From the NCBI GenBank assembly GCA_049303795.1, contig JBAQNM010000013.1, positions 78,415 through 142,414 on the forward strand: a stretch of 64,000 nucleotides of DNA, written 5' to 3'. Position numbers and translations under genes: made by a program. Source of the stretch: Candidatus Moraniibacteriota bacterium (GTDB lineage: Bacteria > Patescibacteriota > Minisyncoccia > Moranbacterales > UBA2206). Within the stretch, counting starts at the first letter, position 1. Every line of letters begins with the position of its first letter. Shown piece by piece: positions 46,814 through 56,359 of the stretch. Under the pieces are notes generated by a model. The model made no database searches. It saw only the letters and a list, made by a program, of their open reading frames with translations, and was not told where the DNA came from.

Positions 46814-47599
46814 TTATTTTTTAATAATTATTTTAATTGGAAAAATTATCACTGCGTGAAAAATTCTGTGAAGTCTTTCTTTTTTGAATTTCCATTCTTG
46901 CAATTGAAATGTTCGCCATAGCCATTCTAAACCTAAGAAGCTCAAAAATTTTGGAGCGCGACGGACTTTTTCAGTGAGAAAATCAAAACTTCCGCCAACT
47001 CCCATTGCTAGCCGTATTGTATCACATTTTTGCGAATTGATAAAGATTTCTTGATAAGGAGCGCCAAAATTGCAAAATAGAATAGTGTCATTCCCGCATA
47101 TGCGGGAATCTAGTGTGAAAACTGAATGATTTGAGACTGGATTCCCGTTTTCACTGGAATGACAATCAAAATCTCTCCCGTTAATTTTCAACTCAGGATA
47201 AATTTTCAATATAGCGTTTTTAATTTCTTCAAAAGTGCTTAGGCCATCCTTATTTATTGCCAAAAAAATAGAGAGCTTTTTTTTATCGGCTATCTTCAAA
47301 ACTTTCGACATCAAATCGGCTCCAGCAATCCTCGCTTTTAGATGCTTGCCAAATCGCCAAAAGGCCAATTTTATCCCAAATCCATCAGCCACATTCAATG
47401 CGCAATTATTTAGGATATTTTTAAATCCTAGATTTTTTTGTGCTTCCAAAATAAATTCAGGATTGATCGTAGCGATTTGATGAAATTTTTCTTCAAGAAA
47501 AAAACCTTCGATTTTTTCGAATAATTCTTTTTTATTAAAATTATCAATGCGCACACCGAGAATAAAATTCTGCTCCATAATTTTTATTTCAATGGGCAA
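46814..47599 (-). CDS. WecB/TagA/CpsF family glycosyltransferase (GT26)
   Basis: 261 aa. ...GVRIDNF...INPEF... core with GT26 length and architecture. Contains a 20-bp perfect palindrome at 47090-47109. Confidence 0.7.
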   Translation of the reverse strand: MPIEIKIMEQNFILGVRIDNFNKKELFEKIEGFFLEEKFHQIATINPEFILEAQKNLGFKNILNNCALNVADGFGIKLAFWRFGKHLKARIAGADLMSKVLKIADKKKLSIFLAINKDGLSTFEEIKNAILKIYPELKINGRDFDCHSSENGNPVSNHSVFTLDSRICGNDTILFCNFGAPYQEIFINSQKCDTIRLAMGVGGSFDFLTEKVRRAPKFLSFLGLEWLWRTFQLQEWKFKKERLHRIFHAVIIFPIKIIIKK

Positions 47600-48126
47600 C
47601 TTTCAATCAAAACAAAGCTATTTTTCCCTTCTCCAAAATGACTAGCCATAATATCCACAGATTCAACGTTAACAGCAAAGGATATTTTTTCATTAATTAT
47701 TGGTTTTTCTAAAAGTGCATCCCATTGAATTTTTCTAATTTTTCCTAATGTTATATGAGGTGCAAAAGCTTTTTTTTCTGCAACAAAAATACCTAATTCT
47801 TTCTCTATGGCTGTATGTAGATTTTTTATTAGATTACTGGCTTTTCCTGAAATTTGAATACTTTGAGCTTTATCTTGGTTTGGCGCGAGAATTAATCTTT
47901 CAAATTCTAAGTCAAAAATATCAAAATCTTTAACAGCTTTCCGTACTTTTTCGCAAATATCAATAACGACTTCATTATCAACGTAACCAATAAAAAATAA
48001 GGTAATACATAGATTGGCCTCCTTTGCCCATTTAACTGGTAATTTTTGCCATTTTTCAACGCTAGCTATCAATCTACGCTTAGTTTTATCTGGAATATTG
48101 ATATTAATATAGATTTTTCTTTTCAT
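47584..48126 (-). CDS. 2H phosphoesterase (ThpR/LigT-like RNA 2',3'-cyclic phosphodiesterase) with Cys in place of the first catalytic His
   Basis: 180 aa. Second motif APHITLGK is intact. The first motif reads NLCITLFFIGYV, where E. coli ThpR has NLHLTLAFLGEV. Confidence 0.55.
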   Translation of the reverse strand: MKRKIYININIPDKTKRRLIASVEKWQKLPVKWAKEANLCITLFFIGYVDNEVVIDICEKVRKAVKDFDIFDLEFERLILAPNQDKAQSIQISGKASNLIKNLHTAIEKELGIFVAEKKAFAPHITLGKIRKIQWDALLEKPIINEKISFAVNVESVDIMASHFGEGKNSFVLIESCPLK

Positions 48127-48234
48127 AGGTATTTTTTTAGTATAATGTCATTTTACCATAAAATAAGACAGATGCCTATTTCTTAGCCAAACAAAAAGCC
48201 GCCCCATAAAGAGCAGCTATTTGTTGATTTTTGA

Positions 48235-48687
48235 TTATTTTTTTAATTCTTCTTCAACAATCTTTCGCACCAAATCTCCATCAACTTGACCTTTTAATTT
48301 TGCCATAGCAGTTCCCATGACTTTTCCTATGGCGGAAATATCAGTTACTCCTAGTTGGGAAATTACTTCCTTAACAGAATTTCGAACGACATTTTCGTCT
48401 AATTGAGCTGGAAGATAGTTTGCCAGAATTTTAATTTCTTCTTGTTCTTTTTCTGCTAAATCAGCTCTTCCCCCTGACTCAAATTGTGCCGCGGCGTCCT
48501 TTCTTTGCTTAACAGCTCTAGTAATGACGTCTTGCACTTCTTCTTCTGAAAGACCAACTTCTCTTTTCTTTTTTTCAATTTCAACGTTTTTAATCATTGA
48601 ATCAAGCATGCGAAGCACGTCTCGCTTCCCAGTATCCCCTGCCTTCATCGCAGCCTTGAGATCATCAAGTATTTGTTGTTTTAACAT
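48235..48687 (-). CDS. yqeY: GatB/YqeY domain protein
   Basis: 150 aa. Conserved rpsU-yqeY gene pair. Confidence 0.75.
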   Translation of the reverse strand: MLKQQILDDLKAAMKAGDTGKRDVLRMLDSMIKNVEIEKKKREVGLSEEEVQDVITRAVKQRKDAAAQFESGGRADLAEKEQEEIKILANYLPAQLDENVVRNSVKEVISQLGVTDISAIGKVMGTAMAKLKGQVDGDLVRKIVEEELKK

Positions 48688-48698
48688 ATTTTTATTTC

Positions 48699-48953
48699 TT
48701 ACTTGATTAGTTTCTTTTTTACATTTTTAAAGTTTTGTTCATCAAACTTACCCATTTTTTTGAGTCGGTTAACTACTTTGCGCACTTTAACTTTATACAT
48801 AGCGCCTTGTCTGAGTTCCGTTTTACTTTTTTCTTCAACTCGAAAACGCACTTTTCTGGCACGCATTAAAACACCGCTTTGTTGAATTCTACGGCTAAAA
48901 CGTCTAATTAAGCTTTCTGGTGACTCGCGATCTTTTCTTTTAACCTCAATCAT
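48699..48953 (-). CDS. rpsU: 30S ribosomal protein S21
   Basis: 84 aa, basic. IEVKRKDRESPESLIRRFSRRIQQSGVL matches the S21 pattern. Confidence 0.75.
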   Translation of the reverse strand: MIEVKRKDRESPESLIRRFSRRIQQSGVLMRARKVRFRVEEKSKTELRQGAMYKVKVRKVVNRLKKMGKFDEQNFKNVKKKLIK

Positions 48954-48973
48954 AAAAACCCTCCCTTCTAATA

Positions 48974-49354
48974 TTATTCATTAATATCTGTCCATGGACG
49001 AATATTTTCATATAATTTGGCTCCACCAATCAAATGTAGATGGATATGCGGCACTTCTTGACCTCCCCATTCGCCAACCCGAAATAATAGTTTATACCCT
49101 TTTTCCGAAATGTCAAAATCAGTGGCAATTTTCTTGGCAATCAAAATCAATTTTCCTGCTAATTCAATATCCGCATCAGCTAGATCGTTAATACTTTCAA
49201 TGTGTTTTTTTGGGATGATTAGGATGTGATTCGGAGCGATGGGATGGACATCTTTAAATGCTAAAACGGTATCGTCTTCATAAACTATCTCGCTGGGAAT
49301 TTCCTTATTGATAATTTTACAAAAAATACACATAATTTTATTTTTTGTTAACAA
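48974..49354 (-). CDS. HIT-family (histidine triad) nucleotide hydrolase
   Basis: HIHLHLIGG histidine triad and an N-terminal C..C zinc motif. Confidence 0.8.
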   Translation of the reverse strand: MLTKNKIMCIFCKIINKEIPSEIVYEDDTVLAFKDVHPIAPNHILIIPKKHIESINDLADADIELAGKLILIAKKIATDFDISEKGYKLLFRVGEWGGQEVPHIHLHLIGGAKLYENIRPWTDINE

Positions 49355-50757
49355 TGCTCCCCTTCTCCATTATGATAAATAACAACATTATCTGTTTTTA
49401 GTTTTTTCTTAATAAGGTCAACTAATTTTTCCATACTAACCGTTTCTTGCGCTCCTGTTGCCATGTTTTTAACAATCACTGTTCCATCAAGGGCCTCTTT
49501 TTGGCCTAGCATTAATGTAATTTCTGCACCTAGTCGGTTGGCAATTTTTAGCTGTGATTTTAAGCTACCTCTGCCAAAACTTTCAGCCACTAAAATTCCA
49601 TTTTTTTCTAATTCAGCAAATAATTTTAAACTTTTCTTTTTTGCTAAAGTACCAAGTTGTGCTAAAAATACACGTGGCCTCAATGGTTTATAGGCTTTCG
49701 CTTGTACTCTTTTCATTTCTATTATAATTCGCTCTATGCCCATTCCAAAACCAATAGCCGGAGTTTCTTCTCCGCCCATTGTTTTTATTAGTCGATCATA
49801 GCGGCCACCACCAAATAAAGCGCTTTGCTTGCCCTCTTCTTGTCCGGACCAAACCTCAAAAACAGTTTTTGTATAATAATCTAAACCTCTGACTAGATGC
49901 GGGTTAATAGTATATGGCAAATCTAATTCATCTAAATATTCAAGCAGTGTCTTGAAATGTACTCGACATTCATCACATAAATGATCAACTGTTTGTGGGG
50001 CAATGGTAGTTACTTGAATGCATTTATCTTCTTTACAGTCTAAAACACGAAGAGGATTAATTTCTAATCTTCTCTTGCAATCCTGACATAGTTTTGTTTT
50101 TTTAGATTCTAGATAGTTTATGAGCAGGTCGCGATAATTTTTTCGACATGTTGGACAACCAATTGAATTAACTTGAATCTGAACAGCTTTAATACCAAGG
50201 CATTGAACTAGTCGATGAGCGACTTGAATTATTTGGGCATCCAAAATTGGATCCTGCTCTCCAAAAGCGTCAAAATTAACTTGATGATGCTCTCGATAAC
50301 GTCCTTCTTGTGGACGTTCATAGCGATAAACTGGACCAGTCGAAAAAATCTTAACCGGCTTTGTCATAACATTCATACCGTGTTGAATATAGGCTCGACA
50401 ATTACCAGCAGTTAATTCAGGACGAAGAGCTACTTGATCTCCACCGCGAGTCGTGAAAGAATACATTTCTTTTTCAACGATGTCGGTGCCTTCTCCAATA
50501 CTACGAATAAAAAGATTGGCATATTCAGCAATTGGAGTATCTAAGCGCAAAAAACCATAATCACGAGCCAGTCTTTCGCTGACTCTTCTAACTTGCTCCC
50601 AATAGAGTTGCTCTTGAGGTATAACATCTTTCATTCCGCGTAGGGTTTGGAGCACTAGTGGCTCTTTTATTTTTTCTGCTTTTGACTTGCCAGTAGACTT
50701 TTTTGCTGTAGTTTTTACAGACTTTTCTTTGGCATTTTTCTTTTTAAGTTTAACCAT
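49348..50757 (-). CDS. hisS: Histidyl-tRNA synthetase with Lys-rich N-terminal extension
   Basis: Class II motifs (RGMKDV...YRYERPQEGRYREHHQ...GGGRYD) and a C-terminal anticodon-binding domain. ~40-aa K-rich leader. Confidence 0.9.
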   Translation of the reverse strand: MVKLKKKNAKEKSVKTTAKKSTGKSKAEKIKEPLVLQTLRGMKDVIPQEQLYWEQVRRVSERLARDYGFLRLDTPIAEYANLFIRSIGEGTDIVEKEMYSFTTRGGDQVALRPELTAGNCRAYIQHGMNVMTKPVKIFSTGPVYRYERPQEGRYREHHQVNFDAFGEQDPILDAQIIQVAHRLVQCLGIKAVQIQVNSIGCPTCRKNYRDLLINYLESKKTKLCQDCKRRLEINPLRVLDCKEDKCIQVTTIAPQTVDHLCDECRVHFKTLLEYLDELDLPYTINPHLVRGLDYYTKTVFEVWSGQEEGKQSALFGGGRYDRLIKTMGGEETPAIGFGMGIERIIIEMKRVQAKAYKPLRPRVFLAQLGTLAKKKSLKLFAELEKNGILVAESFGRGSLKSQLKIANRLGAEITLMLGQKEALDGTVIVKNMATGAQETVSMEKLVDLIKKKLKTDNVVIYHNGEGEHC

Positions 50758-50791
50758 AAAAATACATAAATAAATTAAAAAATAAAAAAGA

Positions 50792-51430
50792 CTAGAATAT
50801 TTTAATTTCGTTTAGTGGCCAAGCTCGAATTAAAACCTCTCCGATTATTAAATTATCAGCTATTGGACCCCAATAGCGCGAATCAGAACTGAACATTCTA
50901 TTATCACCCATCATAAAATACTCAGTATCTTTTAATGTCATAGTCATATCTCCGACTGTTCTCACATCTTTAGAAAGATAGCTTCCCTCATCAAGCACAA
51001 AACCATTTGGATTTTCAGTATTGAAAATTTTAACAGCTCCATTTTTTATTTCTATTTTTTCACCAGGAAGTCCAATTACTCTTTTTATAAAATACTGTTT
51101 TGGATTTTTAGGATAGCGAAAAACTAGCACTTTTTGTCTTTCAATCTTACGAAAAGGATTTACTGAAAAAAGATTGATATCCTTAATGCCGATCGTAGTT
51201 TTCTTGAAGCCAAACTCATTTATTATGAGGTATTGTTCATTTTCAAAGGTTGGTTCCATGGAAGCACCTTGAACAAAAAATGGTTGAAACAAAAAAACTC
51301 TAATCGGAACGATTATGATAAAAGCTAATAGGATTATTTTTATTATCTCCAAAACAAACCCTCCCACACCAATATATTCCTTTTCATTAAGCCTCTTTTT
51401 CTTATTATCTTTCAAATCCTCATTGTTCAT
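50792..51430 (-). CDS. lepB: Signal peptidase I
   Basis: TM anchor, GASMEPTF (Ser nucleophile) and RVIGLPGE boxes. Confidence 0.85.
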   Translation of the reverse strand: MNNEDLKDNKKKRLNEKEYIGVGGFVLEIIKIILLAFIIIVPIRVFLFQPFFVQGASMEPTFENEQYLIINEFGFKKTTIGIKDINLFSVNPFRKIERQKVLVFRYPKNPKQYFIKRVIGLPGEKIEIKNGAVKIFNTENPNGFVLDEGSYLSKDVRTVGDMTMTLKDTEYFMMGDNRMFSSDSRYWGPIADNLIIGEVLIRAWPLNEIKIF

Positions 51431-51663
51431 TTAATTGCACTTTTAGAGAAATTATCGCTTAAGCGGTGTTTTAATCATAGCAGAAATTTATTTTTTTGGC
51501 AAGGCCTATATTTGTCTTTATAAAGCCATAATTTGACGATAGTAGCCTTTTTAAGTTATTATTATAATGCTTTATTCATATGAGACAATTGGCATTTTTT
51601 GAATTAAAAATTCTCGTCTAAAAAATTTACAAGATATACGTTTAAATTATAGTTTAATTAAGG

Positions 51664-53127
51664 ATGTTAAAAAAAATACTTATAAAAATAATTCTTTGGC
51701 TAATCTTTTTAGTCATGCTTAGCGCTGTTATTTTTGGTGGGTTTTTTTTGTATAAAATAAATTCTATTAGCAATAAGATAAGTATTGATAACGAGCCAAT
51801 AAGCCTTATCAGTACACTTGGCTCTATAATCAAATCTGTTGATAATAATACGGATCTAAAAAAATCTCCAGAAGGAAGAATAAATATATTGCTTCTGGGA
51901 ATTGCTGGAAAAGGTAAGCCTGGGCAAAATTTGACTGATACAATAATGATTGCCAGTATTAATCTTAAAACTAATCAAGTGGCGCTACTTTCATTGCCTC
52001 GTGATTTTTATGTTTCATCAGCTGAAATCGGAATTCAAACTAAAATAAATTCGATCTATCAAATAGGTTTAAATAGTTTTAAAAATGATAGTGAGGCAAT
52101 CAAGCCACTTCTTTCCAGTATTAAAGAAATTACTTCTCTAGATATTAATTACTACGTCGTGCTTAACTTCGATGGTTTTAAAAAGATTATAGATGCTATT
52201 GATGGTGTGAATATTTCTAATGAGCGTGATATTTATGATCCTCGTTATCCAGGACCAAATTATAGTTATGAGGTCTTTGAATTAAAAAAGGGTTTTCAGC
52301 ATCTGGACGGAGAGGCGGCTCTAAAATATGCTCGCGAACGCCATGATGACCCCGATGGTGATTTTGGTCGCTCTAGACGTCAACAACAGATCATTCAAGC
52401 AGTAAAAAATAAAGTATTTTCGACCAAAACATTATTTGACGTAGGATCATTAAATAATTTATTTAATACGCTTGGGGATAATATTAAAACTGATATTTCT
52501 CCTGAAGAGTTGGCTAGTTTTTTTGAATTGACGAAAAAATTAGATACAGTTAACATTACCAATGCTGCTGTTGATGCTTGGAATAAGGATAGCCTTTTGA
52601 AAGTCTCCCATATTTTTTATGGGGAGAAAGCTGCCTTTGTTCTCATTCCTCGTGTTGGAAATTATAGTGAAATTCAAGACTTAGCTCAAAATATTTTTGA
52701 TCTCAATAAGATTAAAAGACGAAGAGAGGAAATTTCCAAAGAAGACGCGTCTATTATCCTTATCAATAAAAGCCAAAATAGCATCATTATAAATAAAATT
52801 AAGAAACTACTAAGCGAGAATTTGGTTTATAAGAATGTTTCGATTATCGATGATTATTTTCCTAGCTTTGAAGAAAAAACTTTCGTCTACGATCTGACTA
52901 ATGGAACAAAGCCATTTACTCTTGATGAGTTAGCTACAAGACTTCCGGCAACTGTTTCTTATTCTTTTCAGGAAAAGTATAAAAAAATCATTGAAAAAAG
53001 TCAACCGGATTTAGTGCTTATTGTTGGCAAAGATTTAATTTCACGTTACAATATGGTAGAGGATTCTATTGAAGACTTTAAAAAAGCTCAAGATAGTCAG
53101 GATTATTTTATTAACCCAATTGATTAA
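51664..53127 (+). CDS. LytR-CpsA-Psr (LCP) family protein (second copy)
   Basis: RINILLLGIAGKGKPG...TDTIMIASI...LSLPRDFYV core plus an extended C-terminal domain. Confidence 0.75.
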   Translation: MLKKILIKIILWLIFLVMLSAVIFGGFFLYKINSISNKISIDNEPISLISTLGSIIKSVDNNTDLKKSPEGRINILLLGIAGKGKPGQNLTDTIMIASINLKTNQVALLSLPRDFYVSSAEIGIQTKINSIYQIGLNSFKNDSEAIKPLLSSIKEITSLDINYYVVLNFDGFKKIIDAIDGVNISNERDIYDPRYPGPNYSYEVFELKKGFQHLDGEAALKYARERHDDPDGDFGRSRRQQQIIQAVKNKVFSTKTLFDVGSLNNLFNTLGDNIKTDISPEELASFFELTKKLDTVNITNAAVDAWNKDSLLKVSHIFYGEKAAFVLIPRVGNYSEIQDLAQNIFDLNKIKRRREEISKEDASIILINKSQNSIIINKIKKLLSENLVYKNVSIIDDYFPSFEEKTFVYDLTNGTKPFTLDELATRLPATVSYSFQEKYKKIIEKSQPDLVLIVGKDLISRYNMVEDSIEDFKKAQDSQDYFINPID

Positions 53128-53131
53128 AAAT

Positions 53132-53677
53132 ATGAAGCTAATTATTGGCCTAGGCAATCCAGGAGAGAAATATAAAAGTACTCGTCATAACGTAGGCTTT
53201 ATTTTTCTAGATAGATTGCAAACGATTTGGAAATCACCACCTTTCGCATTAAATAAAAAATTTGAAGCAGAAATTTCACAGGTCAATCTTGGTGATGAAA
53301 AAATTATTCTTGCTAAGCCTCAAACCTTTATGAATCTTTCGGGTATGGCTGTACAAAAGATTCTGGCATTCTATAAGTTAACTCCTAGTGAAATGTTAGT
53401 TTTACATGATGATAAGGATATTGTTTGTGGAAAATATAAACTAGCAACTAACTCCTCTTCTGCCGGACACAATGGCGTGCAAAATATTATTAACGTTCTT
53501 GGTACAAAAAAATTTAAGCGTTTACGTATCGGAATTAAAAATAAAAACGAGGACACTAATGCGTCCTCACAAATGGAAACTAGTGATTTTGTTTTGAGTA
53601 AATTAACAGACGAAGATTCGAAAAATATCGAAGCTATGGAAGTTGATATTTTTAAGGAGATTAATAATAATTTATAA
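53132..53677 (+). CDS. pth: Peptidyl-tRNA hydrolase (start placed at MKLIIGLGNPG)
   Basis: GLGNPG...TRHNVGF...HDD...GHNG are Pth motifs. Confidence 0.9.
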   Translation: MKLIIGLGNPGEKYKSTRHNVGFIFLDRLQTIWKSPPFALNKKFEAEISQVNLGDEKIILAKPQTFMNLSGMAVQKILAFYKLTPSEMLVLHDDKDIVCGKYKLATNSSSAGHNGVQNIINVLGTKKFKRLRIGIKNKNEDTNASSQMETSDFVLSKLTDEDSKNIEAMEVDIFKEINNNL

Positions 53678-54241
53678 TTAGCTTAAGATTTTTTTCATCA
53701 TTTTATCGACTTGCTTTTTTAGATCTTCAGCTGTTCCATTGTTATTCATCTTAAAATTAGCACTTCTTCCAATCTCGTGAATAGAAATTTCTGTCAACTT
53801 GCCTTCTTCTTCTAAGAATTGCTCGAGGGTTGCATCCGCTTCACCAGCCTTGTCTTTGCGTAATCTAGTTCTCGCATAGCGCAATTCTAGATCAGCTGTG
53901 ACATAAGCTAAATAGAAATTTTTTTTATACTTTTTGCGGAAAGGCTCAACATCTCCATGCATACGAATACCATCAGCAATAATTACATCAGCACCATTTC
54001 TCTCCATATCATGAATCAATGAATCAATAATCACGGATGGACCATAACCTTCCTTAAGCACTAATGCTAGCTTTATAAGATTGTCTCTTGTGACGGGCAA
54101 ATGCAAATCTTCTAGCGTCCTTCTGAGGATTTTAGATGTTCCATAATGTACTGCTGAATATTTTTCAATTAAATGTTCAGATACAGTCCCCTTTCCGGCT
54201 CCTTTTTCTCCAATTAAGCCAATGATAATTTTCTTTTTCAT
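53678..54241 (-). CDS. P-loop nucleoside/nucleotide kinase-family protein
   Basis: 187 aa. GLIGEKGAGKGT Walker A. About the size of an adenylate or dephospho-CoA kinase. Specific substrate unknown. Confidence 0.4.
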   Translation of the reverse strand: MKKKIIIGLIGEKGAGKGTVSEHLIEKYSAVHYGTSKILRRTLEDLHLPVTRDNLIKLALVLKEGYGPSVIIDSLIHDMERNGADVIIADGIRMHGDVEPFRKKYKKNFYLAYVTADLELRYARTRLRKDKAGEADATLEQFLEEEGKLTEISIHEIGRSANFKMNNNGTAEDLKKQVDKMMKKILS

Positions 54242-54274
54242 TTTATTTTTTTAAAATCTAAAAGTTATTTAGCA

Positions 54275-54310
54275 AAAGAAAAATTCCCGAGAACTGGCTC
54301 GGGAATTTTT
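54275..54310. terminator. Bidirectional intrinsic terminator (A-run, TTCCCGAG-AACTGG-CTCGGGAA, T5)
   Basis: Perfect 8-bp stem between rplA and the downstream kinase gene. Confidence 0.6.
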
Positions 54311-54317
54311 AGTTTAA

Positions 54318-55007
54318 TTATAGTGTAATTTTCAATCCTACTCCCATAGTTGAACAGATCGAAATATTTTTTATAAGTTTTCCTTTTAGTGATGCTGGTT
54401 TAGTTTTTTCTACGCTTTCCAAGAAAGCTTTAACATTTTCAATTATCTTATCATCTGTGAAAGAAAGCTTTCCTACGGCTTGATGGACGTTTCCTGAATT
54501 ATCAGTTTTATATGCCGCACGCCCCTTTTTTAGAGCTAAAACTGTTTCTTTGACTTTCGTTGTAACAGTTTCAGTTTTGGGATTAGGCATCAAACCTTTT
54601 GGCCCTAATATTTTAGCCACAACAGCTAATTTTGGCATCATCTCTGGGGTTGCTACAAGAACATCAAAACCTCCCATTTCTGAAAATATTTTTCCACTTT
54701 TTATTTCAGCAATTAATTCTTCACCACCAATCAGTTCAGCGCCAGCTTCTTTAGCTTCAGCAGCTCCTGTTGACGTAATTACGGCTACCCGCTTAGTTTT
54801 TCCAGTTCCATGTGGCAGAGAAACGGCAGAGCGAATTTGTTGATCAGTTTTCTTCAAATCAATGCCGGTTTTTATATGAACCTCAATCGATTCATCAAAT
54901 TTAGCAGTTTTGTTTTCTCTTATGATTGTCAGTGCTTCATTTAGCGGATAAATTTTTTCTCGATCGATTTTTTCCGCTACCGCGCGATACTTTTTTCCAT
55001 GCTTCAT
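54318..55007 (-). CDS. rplA: 50S ribosomal protein L1 (start placed at MKHGKKY; the ORF track extension to 55052 translates the leader)
   Basis: Typical L1 sequence throughout. Confidence 0.9.
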   Translation of the reverse strand: MKHGKKYRAVAEKIDREKIYPLNEALTIIRENKTAKFDESIEVHIKTGIDLKKTDQQIRSAVSLPHGTGKTKRVAVITSTGAAEAKEAGAELIGGEELIAEIKSGKIFSEMGGFDVLVATPEMMPKLAVVAKILGPKGLMPNPKTETVTTKVKETVLALKKGRAAYKTDNSGNVHQAVGKLSFTDDKIIENVKAFLESVEKTKPASLKGKLIKNISICSTMGVGLKITL

Positions 55008-55077
55008 ATATTTTCGTGGTAATATCGTCCCGAATAATCGGGACTCCCACAATTTAATAATAAATAAATTTAAAAAA
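55008..55077 (-). promoter_or_regulatory. Probable L1 autoregulatory mRNA leader (hairpin GTCCCGA-TTAT-TCGGGAC between rplK and rplA)
   Basis: GGGAGUCCCGAUUAUUCGGGAC lies on the transcribed (minus) strand immediately upstream of rplA, at the position where L1-binding rRNA-mimic leaders occur in L11 operons. Confidence 0.5.
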
Positions 55078-55503
55078 CTAACCTTCGATTTTCACACCCA
55101 TTGATCTTGCTGTGCCGGCAATGATTTTCATTGCTCCATCAACATCATTAGCATTAAGATCCGTCATTTTCTTTTCAGCAATTTCCTTTAATTTAGTTTG
55201 AGTAATTGTTCCAACTTTATCTTTCAATGGATTTCCAGCGCCTTTCTCAACTCCTGCTGCTTTCCTCAATAAGTCAGAAGCCGGAGGAGTTTTTAAGATA
55301 AAAGTAAAACTTCTATCTTCAAAAATTGTAATTTCGGCTGGGATAATATCACCCATTTTATCTTTGGTTGCGTCATTAAATTTGGCACAAAAATCGCCAA
55401 TATTAATTCCGTGTTGTCCCAGGGCTGGTCCGACTGGAGGTGCTGGGTTTGCTTTTCCTGCTTGAATTTGTAATTTAATTACTACTTTAATTTTCTTAGC
55501 CAT
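55078..55503 (-). CDS. rplK: 50S ribosomal protein L11
   Basis: [25 protein letters not shown] is the L11 hallmark. Confidence 0.95.
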   Translation of the reverse strand: MAKKIKVVIKLQIQAGKANPAPPVGPALGQHGINIGDFCAKFNDATKDKMGDIIPAEITIFEDRSFTFILKTPPASDLLRKAAGVEKGAGNPLKDKVGTITQTKLKEIAEKKMTDLNANDVDGAMKIIAGTARSMGVKIEG

Positions 55504-55526
55504 ATATTGTCTATCTAAAAATTTAA

Positions 55527-56072
55527 TTATAATTTATTAATCTGCAAAAAGTCTAATTCTACTGGTGTTTCTCTGCCGAAAATTGAAACTAGTACTTTTA
55601 CGCGACCTTTTTCTTCATCAACTTCACTCACTTTTCCATCAAATTCCTTAAATGGACCATCAATAATTCTAACTGTCTCACCTTCCTTAACATCCATCTT
55701 ATATTTAGGTTCGGCGACGCCCATACGTTTTTTAAGCATTTCAATTTCTTTTGGATCAACTGGCGTTGGTGTTGTTCCGAGTCCAATAAATCCTGTAACA
55801 TTTGGTGTGTTTCGAACGACATACCAAGATGCATCAGTAACAATCATATCAACTAAAACATATCCGGGATAAATTCGCTCCTCAATGACAGTTCTTTTTC
55901 CCGCTTTAATTTTTATTTTCTTTTCCACGGGAACCATTACGTCAAAAATATAATCCTGCATGTCCATTGATTCAATTCTCTGTTTTAGATTGCGAGATAC
56001 ATTATCTTCATAGCCAGAATAGGTATGTAGCACATACCAAGATCTTCCGTGATGTTGTGATTGTTTTGCCAT
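55527..56072 (-). CDS. nusG: Transcription termination/antitermination factor NusG
   Basis: NGN domain ([11 protein letters not shown]) and C-terminal KOW ([11 protein letters not shown]). Confidence 0.9.
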   Translation of the reverse strand: MAKQSQHHGRSWYVLHTYSGYEDNVSRNLKQRIESMDMQDYIFDVMVPVEKKIKIKAGKRTVIEERIYPGYVLVDMIVTDASWYVVRNTPNVTGFIGLGTTPTPVDPKEIEMLKKRMGVAEPKYKMDVKEGETVRIIDGPFKEFDGKVSEVDEEKGRVKVLVSIFGRETPVELDFLQINKL

Positions 56073-56099
56073 TGTTTTCTCAAAAACTTATTAAATTAA

Positions 56100-56291
56100 T
56101 TATTTTAAAATAAATGTTTTTAACATATATTCAAATATAAGATCCAAGCCTCCTAAAAATAGAGATACTGCTAAACTAATACCAATTACAGTTAGAGTAT
56201 AATTGATGGTTTGTTGCTTTGTCGGCCAATTAACTTTGGAAAGCTCCACTTTGGCTTCTATTAAAAATTGAACAATTCTATTTTTACGCAT
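56100..56291 (-). CDS. secE: Preprotein translocase subunit SecE
   Basis: 63 aa, single TM. VELSKVNWPTKQQ is a SecE motif. Conserved secE-nusG-rplK-rplA order. Confidence 0.8.
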   Translation of the reverse strand: MRKNRIVQFLIEAKVELSKVNWPTKQQTINYTLTVIGISLAVSLFLGGLDLIFEYMLKTFILK

Positions 56292-56310
56292 AAGACTTTT
56301 TTTAAGCTTT

Positions 56311-56338
56311 TTTAAAAGCCCCTTTGGGCTTTTTATGA
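56311..56338 (-). terminator. Hairpin (AAAGCCC-CTTT-GGGCTTT) with flanking U-runs between the REC gene and secE
   Basis: 7-bp stem at 56315-56334. Confidence 0.45.
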
Positions 56339-56359
56339 TATTTTTAGGATATAGTATTT

